A stretch of 60,941 nucleotides of DNA from Flavobacterium sp. (GTDB taxonomy: Bacteria > Bacteroidota > Bacteroidia > Flavobacteriales > Flavobacteriaceae). Shown here piece by piece: positions 57,572 to 60,941 of the stretch. The stretch spans positions 1-60,941 of the forward strand of contig JBLHNH010000001.1 in NCBI GenBank assembly GCA_047622645.1, read 5' to 3'. A model generated the notes under the pieces. That model had not been told where the DNA came from, ran no database searches, and saw only the letters and a program-made list of their open reading frames with translations. Positions within the stretch are counted from its first letter, which is position 1. The number at the start of each line of letters is the position of its first letter. The position numbers and the translations under genes were made by a program.

Positions 57572-59068
57572 ATGAAAAAGAAAGTAATCCTTATTTTGGT
57601 AGCCTTTACAATGGTTCCAATATTACAATCGTTCTGTGGGTTTTATGTTTCTACAGGTGATACCAAAATTTTCAATCAAGCGTCAGAAGTAATTCTTGTA
57701 CGAGATGGAAATAGAAACACTATAACTATGAATAGCGATTTTAAAGGTGATGTTAAAGATTTTGCAATCGTTATTCCTGTTCCAACGGTTCTAAAAGAAA
57801 ATGATATAAAAGTGGTTAAAAAAGACATTTTCAGCAAACTAAACAAATATTCAGAACCTCGTTTAGTTGAATATTATGATGAACATCCATGCCAACCAAC
57901 AATTATGTACGATGATAATTTAATGGTAAGAAAATCTGAAATGATTACTTCAGTTTATCAAAGTGTAAAAGAAAAAGATTTAGGTGTAACTATAGAAGCA
58001 AAATATACTGTTGGTGAATATGATATTCTAATTTTATCTGCTAAAGAATCTGCTGGTTTAAAAACTTGGTTACTTCAAAATGATTATAAAATTCCAGCTA
58101 AAGCAGAAGAGGTTTTGGAACCTTATATCAAATCTAAAATGAACTTCTTTGTAGTGAAAGTCAATTTAGCTGAAATGAAAAAATTGGGTCGAAATGAATT
58201 AAGTCCCATTCAAATTTCGTTTGAAAGTGAAAAATTTATGCTGCCAATTCGATTAGGAATGGCAAATGCAAATAGCGCTCAAGATTTAATCATCTATGCT
58301 TTTACAAAAAATGGAAGAGTTGAAAGTACCAATTATAGAACTGTAAAAATTCCAACTGACAAGAATATTCCAACTTTTATGCGTCCAAAGTTTCAAGAAT
58401 TCTATAAAGATTTGTTTACCAAACAATATAAAAAGTATGGAAAAAATGCTGTTTTTACTGAATATGCTTGGGATTTAAGTTCACACAATTACCAAAAATG
58501 TGATCCTTGTTCAACAACTCCACCAAGTTATGCCGAACTAAAAGATGCTGGAGTTTTCTTTGCCAATTATAGAACACCAAAAGGCTATCAAGGAAGTGAC
58601 TATGAAGGAAATTTGTTTTTCACACGTTTACATGTACGTTATGACCGAGCTAATTTTCCAATGGATTTACAATTTCAAGAAACTATGGATCAACAATCTT
58701 TTCAAGGAAGATACATTATGCAACATAGCGTAAATGTGGATATGAAAACTTGTACAGAAGGACGAAGATATTACAATGATGTCTTAAACAGAAGAGAAAA
58801 TGAGTTAGAAACTTTAGCGCATTTAACCAATTGGGATACAGATTCGTATGATGATTACACTAACGAAATCAGATCAAAATTAGGTTACAAAGCCAAAAAA
58901 AATGAATCCAAAAAAGGAGGATTATTTTTCTTCTCAAAAGGCAACAAGCCTAATAAAACGCTCCCAGGTTTGTTGTTACTGACAGGTTTTGCATTGATAT
59001 CATTCTTGATTTATAAGAGAAAATCGTTTTTTCCAAAATTAGCAGTCATCAAAAACTTCTTATTCTAA
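57572..59068 (+). CDS. DUF2330 family exported protein with C-terminal membrane anchor
   Basis: Signal peptide then FCGFYV; PRLVEY, VGEYDI, MLPIRLG, EYAW, CDPC, TRLH; C-terminal TM followed by KRK. Confidence 0.85.
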   Translation: MKKKVILILVAFTMVPILQSFCGFYVSTGDTKIFNQASEVILVRDGNRNTITMNSDFKGDVKDFAIVIPVPTVLKENDIKVVKKDIFSKLNKYSEPRLVEYYDEHPCQPTIMYDDNLMVRKSEMITSVYQSVKEKDLGVTIEAKYTVGEYDILILSAKESAGLKTWLLQNDYKIPAKAEEVLEPYIKSKMNFFVVKVNLAEMKKLGRNELSPIQISFESEKFMLPIRLGMANANSAQDLIIYAFTKNGRVESTNYRTVKIPTDKNIPTFMRPKFQEFYKDLFTKQYKKYGKNAVFTEYAWDLSSHNYQKCDPCSTTPPSYAELKDAGVFFANYRTPKGYQGSDYEGNLFFTRLHVRYDRANFPMDLQFQETMDQQSFQGRYIMQHSVNVDMKTCTEGRRYYNDVLNRRENELETLAHLTNWDTDSYDDYTNEIRSKLGYKAKKNESKKGGLFFFSKGNKPNKTLPGLLLLTGFALISFLIYKRKSFFPKLAVIKNFLF

Positions 59069-59072
59069 AGCC

Positions 59073-59897
59073 ATGAACACAAAAGCCATAGAACATCCTA
59101 AAAGCAGTTTATTATCATTACTAAGTGATGCTCGACATTTTCAAATTTTATTTTTGGGAAGCTTCTTGGTTATGGTTTTATTTGCCAATGGTTTTCCAAA
59201 AGAATTCCTATTTCAAATTGGTTTGACTATTTCAAGCTGTATTCTATTTCAAATACTGTTTAGCCATTTTACAACTAAAAATTATGCTTCTTGGAAAAGT
59301 GCTTTAATCACTTCTCTTGGACTTTGTTTGTTACTAAAAGTAACTAATTTGAATTGGATTTTATTGGCTAGCTTAATTGCTATTGGTTCAAAATTCTTAA
59401 TCAAACACAAAGGAAAACACATCTTTAATCCAGCTAATATTGGAGTTGTGGGGACGATTTTATTTTCACATAATGCTTGGATTTCACCTGGACAATGGGG
59501 AAGCAATAGTGTCTATTTATTCATGATTGGTTCACTTGGATTTTTAGTGATTAAGAAAGTAGCTCGAATTGACATTGCTCTAACTTTTATTGCAACTTTT
59601 GGAGGTTTGTTATTCATTAGAAACATCTTATATTTGGGTTGGCCAATAGATTTTTGGACACATCAAATGACCAACGGAACTTTAATGTTATTCACTTTTT
59701 TTATGATAACAGATCCAATGACAACGCCAAATAACAAAAAAGGAAGAATTGCGTTTGCTTTAATCTTAGCCATAATTGCTTTTTATTTAACGACTTTTAA
59801 TCATTTTTATGCTGCACCAGTTTGGGTTTTGATATTCTTATCACCTTTGACCATTGTGTTTGATAAAATTTGGAGAAACGAGAAGTATAGTTGGTAA
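59073..59897 (+). CDS. Stand-alone NqrB/RnfD-like membrane protein
   Basis: SALIT, GKHIFNPAN, FFMITDPMTTP motifs of the NqrB/RnfD family; no SGAT flavinylation loop. Confidence 0.8.
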   Translation: MNTKAIEHPKSSLLSLLSDARHFQILFLGSFLVMVLFANGFPKEFLFQIGLTISSCILFQILFSHFTTKNYASWKSALITSLGLCLLLKVTNLNWILLASLIAIGSKFLIKHKGKHIFNPANIGVVGTILFSHNAWISPGQWGSNSVYLFMIGSLGFLVIKKVARIDIALTFIATFGGLLFIRNILYLGWPIDFWTHQMTNGTLMLFTFFMITDPMTTPNNKKGRIAFALILAIIAFYLTTFNHFYAAPVWVLIFLSPLTIVFDKIWRNEKYSW

Positions 59898-59917
59898 CAT
59901 TCAGAAAAACAAATAAA

Positions 59918-60249
59918 GTAAAAAATATAATTTACGGATTTATAATCCTTTTTATAGGATTTAACGTTTATGCTCAAGAAATCCTAAAAGTTGACTTAAA
60001 TTAATTGTATCTCCAATAATTAATGTTATAGATAAATTTGCATCTGTAATCACTAAAGAAGATTTTGATTTTGCTAAAAAACATGAAATTAAATTCTATA
60101 ATTTCGTGTATATTGTACCATAAAACATTGGAAAATATAAAAAAACAAACACTCCTTTTTAAAAATAATTAAACAAAAAGTTTGGCTCAAAATGGCAAAA
60201 AAGAATAAGAAACGGAATTTTAGGACTTGAAAAATGGAAGAAAACTTAA
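59918..60249 (+). pseudogene. Decayed secreted-protein gene (resembles FEKKY-type Flavobacteriaceae proteins)
   Basis: (V)KNIIYGFIILFIGFNVYAQE signal peptide without a valid start, frameshift, then FASVITKEDFDFAKKHEIKFYNF..P*..F*K*LNKKFGSKWQKRIRNGILGLEKWKKT*. Confidence 0.6.
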
Positions 60250-60330
60250 GATGTACTTAAATATAAAATCACCTTTTTAATTTCGCAAAAAAAGCATTAC
60301 TTTTAATACAAATTATACAAATACATTATT

Positions 60331-60798
60331 ATGAAAAAAATTCTTATTGCCCTACTAATTGTTTTAGTTGTTTTGCAGTTTTTCCAAATTGATAAAACAA
60401 ATCCTGAAACGGATATCAATCAAGATTTTTTAACCATTCATAATCCTCCAACCGAAATTGCTTCAACAATGAAAGCTGCTTGCTACGATTGTCACTCTAA
60501 CAAAAGTGTTTATCCTTGGTATACAAATGTGCAACCTGTTGGATGGTTTGTAAAAGATCATATTGAAGATGGAAAAAAACACTTGAATTTTTCTGAATTT
60601 GGAACTTACACTGCCAAAAAACAAGCTCATAAATTAGAAGAATGTGGTGAAATGATTGAAAAAGGAGAAATGCCACTTTCAAGCTACACGATTATTCACA
60701 AAGAAGCAGTTTTAACTGAAGCACAACAAACTGAACTTGTATCTTATTTTAAAGAGGTTGAGAAAGTGATAAATAGTGGTATTACAATCAAAGAGTGA
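60331..60798 (+). CDS. Haem-binding domain protein (c-type CxxCH)
   Basis: N-terminal anchor, ACYDCHS, YPWY, LNFSE, MPL. Confidence 0.88.
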   Translation: MKKILIALLIVLVVLQFFQIDKTNPETDINQDFLTIHNPPTEIASTMKAACYDCHSNKSVYPWYTNVQPVGWFVKDHIEDGKKHLNFSEFGTYTAKKQAHKLEECGEMIEKGEMPLSSYTIIHKEAVLTEAQQTELVSYFKEVEKVINSGITIKE

Positions 60799-60819
60799 TA
60801 AAACATTAAAAAACTAGAC

Positions 60820-60941
60820 GTGAAAATAATTATTACATTTTTATTAATTTCTTTGAGTGTCTTTAGTCAGCAAAGCAAAAAACCTTATCCTAAACAAATT
60901 GAAAGTGAAATATGGTTAAATAAATACAGAACTTTAGAGTC
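60820..60941 (+). CDS. Partial CDS (5' end), secreted hypothetical protein
   Basis: GTG start, MKIIITFLLISLSVFSQ signal peptide; open to the window edge. Confidence 0.6.
   Translation, partial: MKIIITFLLISLSVFSQQSKKPYPKQIESEIWLNKYRTLE

Noticed and set aside
59073-59897. Calling this gene rnfD or nqrB of a respiratory complex
   Set aside because: Too short, lacks the FMN-Thr loop, and no other subunits are adjacent.

Overview
AT-rich Bacteroidota chromosome segment that looks like Flavobacterium/Flavobacteriaceae (TAnnTTTG promoters, a T9SS type-B C-terminal domain, typical gene content). It is mostly housekeeping genes: rel, fur, purA, aroE, mazG, def, ruvX, dapD, tsaC, cca, ctaA, glsA, meaB, ppk2. 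Three accessory blocks stand out. (1) An LPS/LOS-type glycosylation locus (about 18.8-31.6 kb) of glycosyltransferases, a sugar kinase, a DegT aminotransferase and an acyltransferase. (2) A minus-strand signalling operon (36.0-43.3 kb): TonB-dependent receptor, secreted TPR-like protein, LytS-type kinase with a fused 2TM domain, two free 2TM proteins, a GT-C glycosyltransferase and a LytTR regulator. Two matching 9-12-9 LytTR-type operators sit at identical spacing from -7-like elements. (3) An ECF sigma factor and plug-domain anti-sigma followed by DUF2330 and a stand-alone NqrB/RnfD-like protein (55.8-59.9 kb). Reading outside the ORF track also shows three decayed pseudogenes, REP-like palindromes, and recurrent 7-nt-period YAG arrays starting at or right after stop codons. 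I saw no rRNA, tRNA, CRISPR array, transposase or prophage. Family calls come from motif recognition only; no searches were run.
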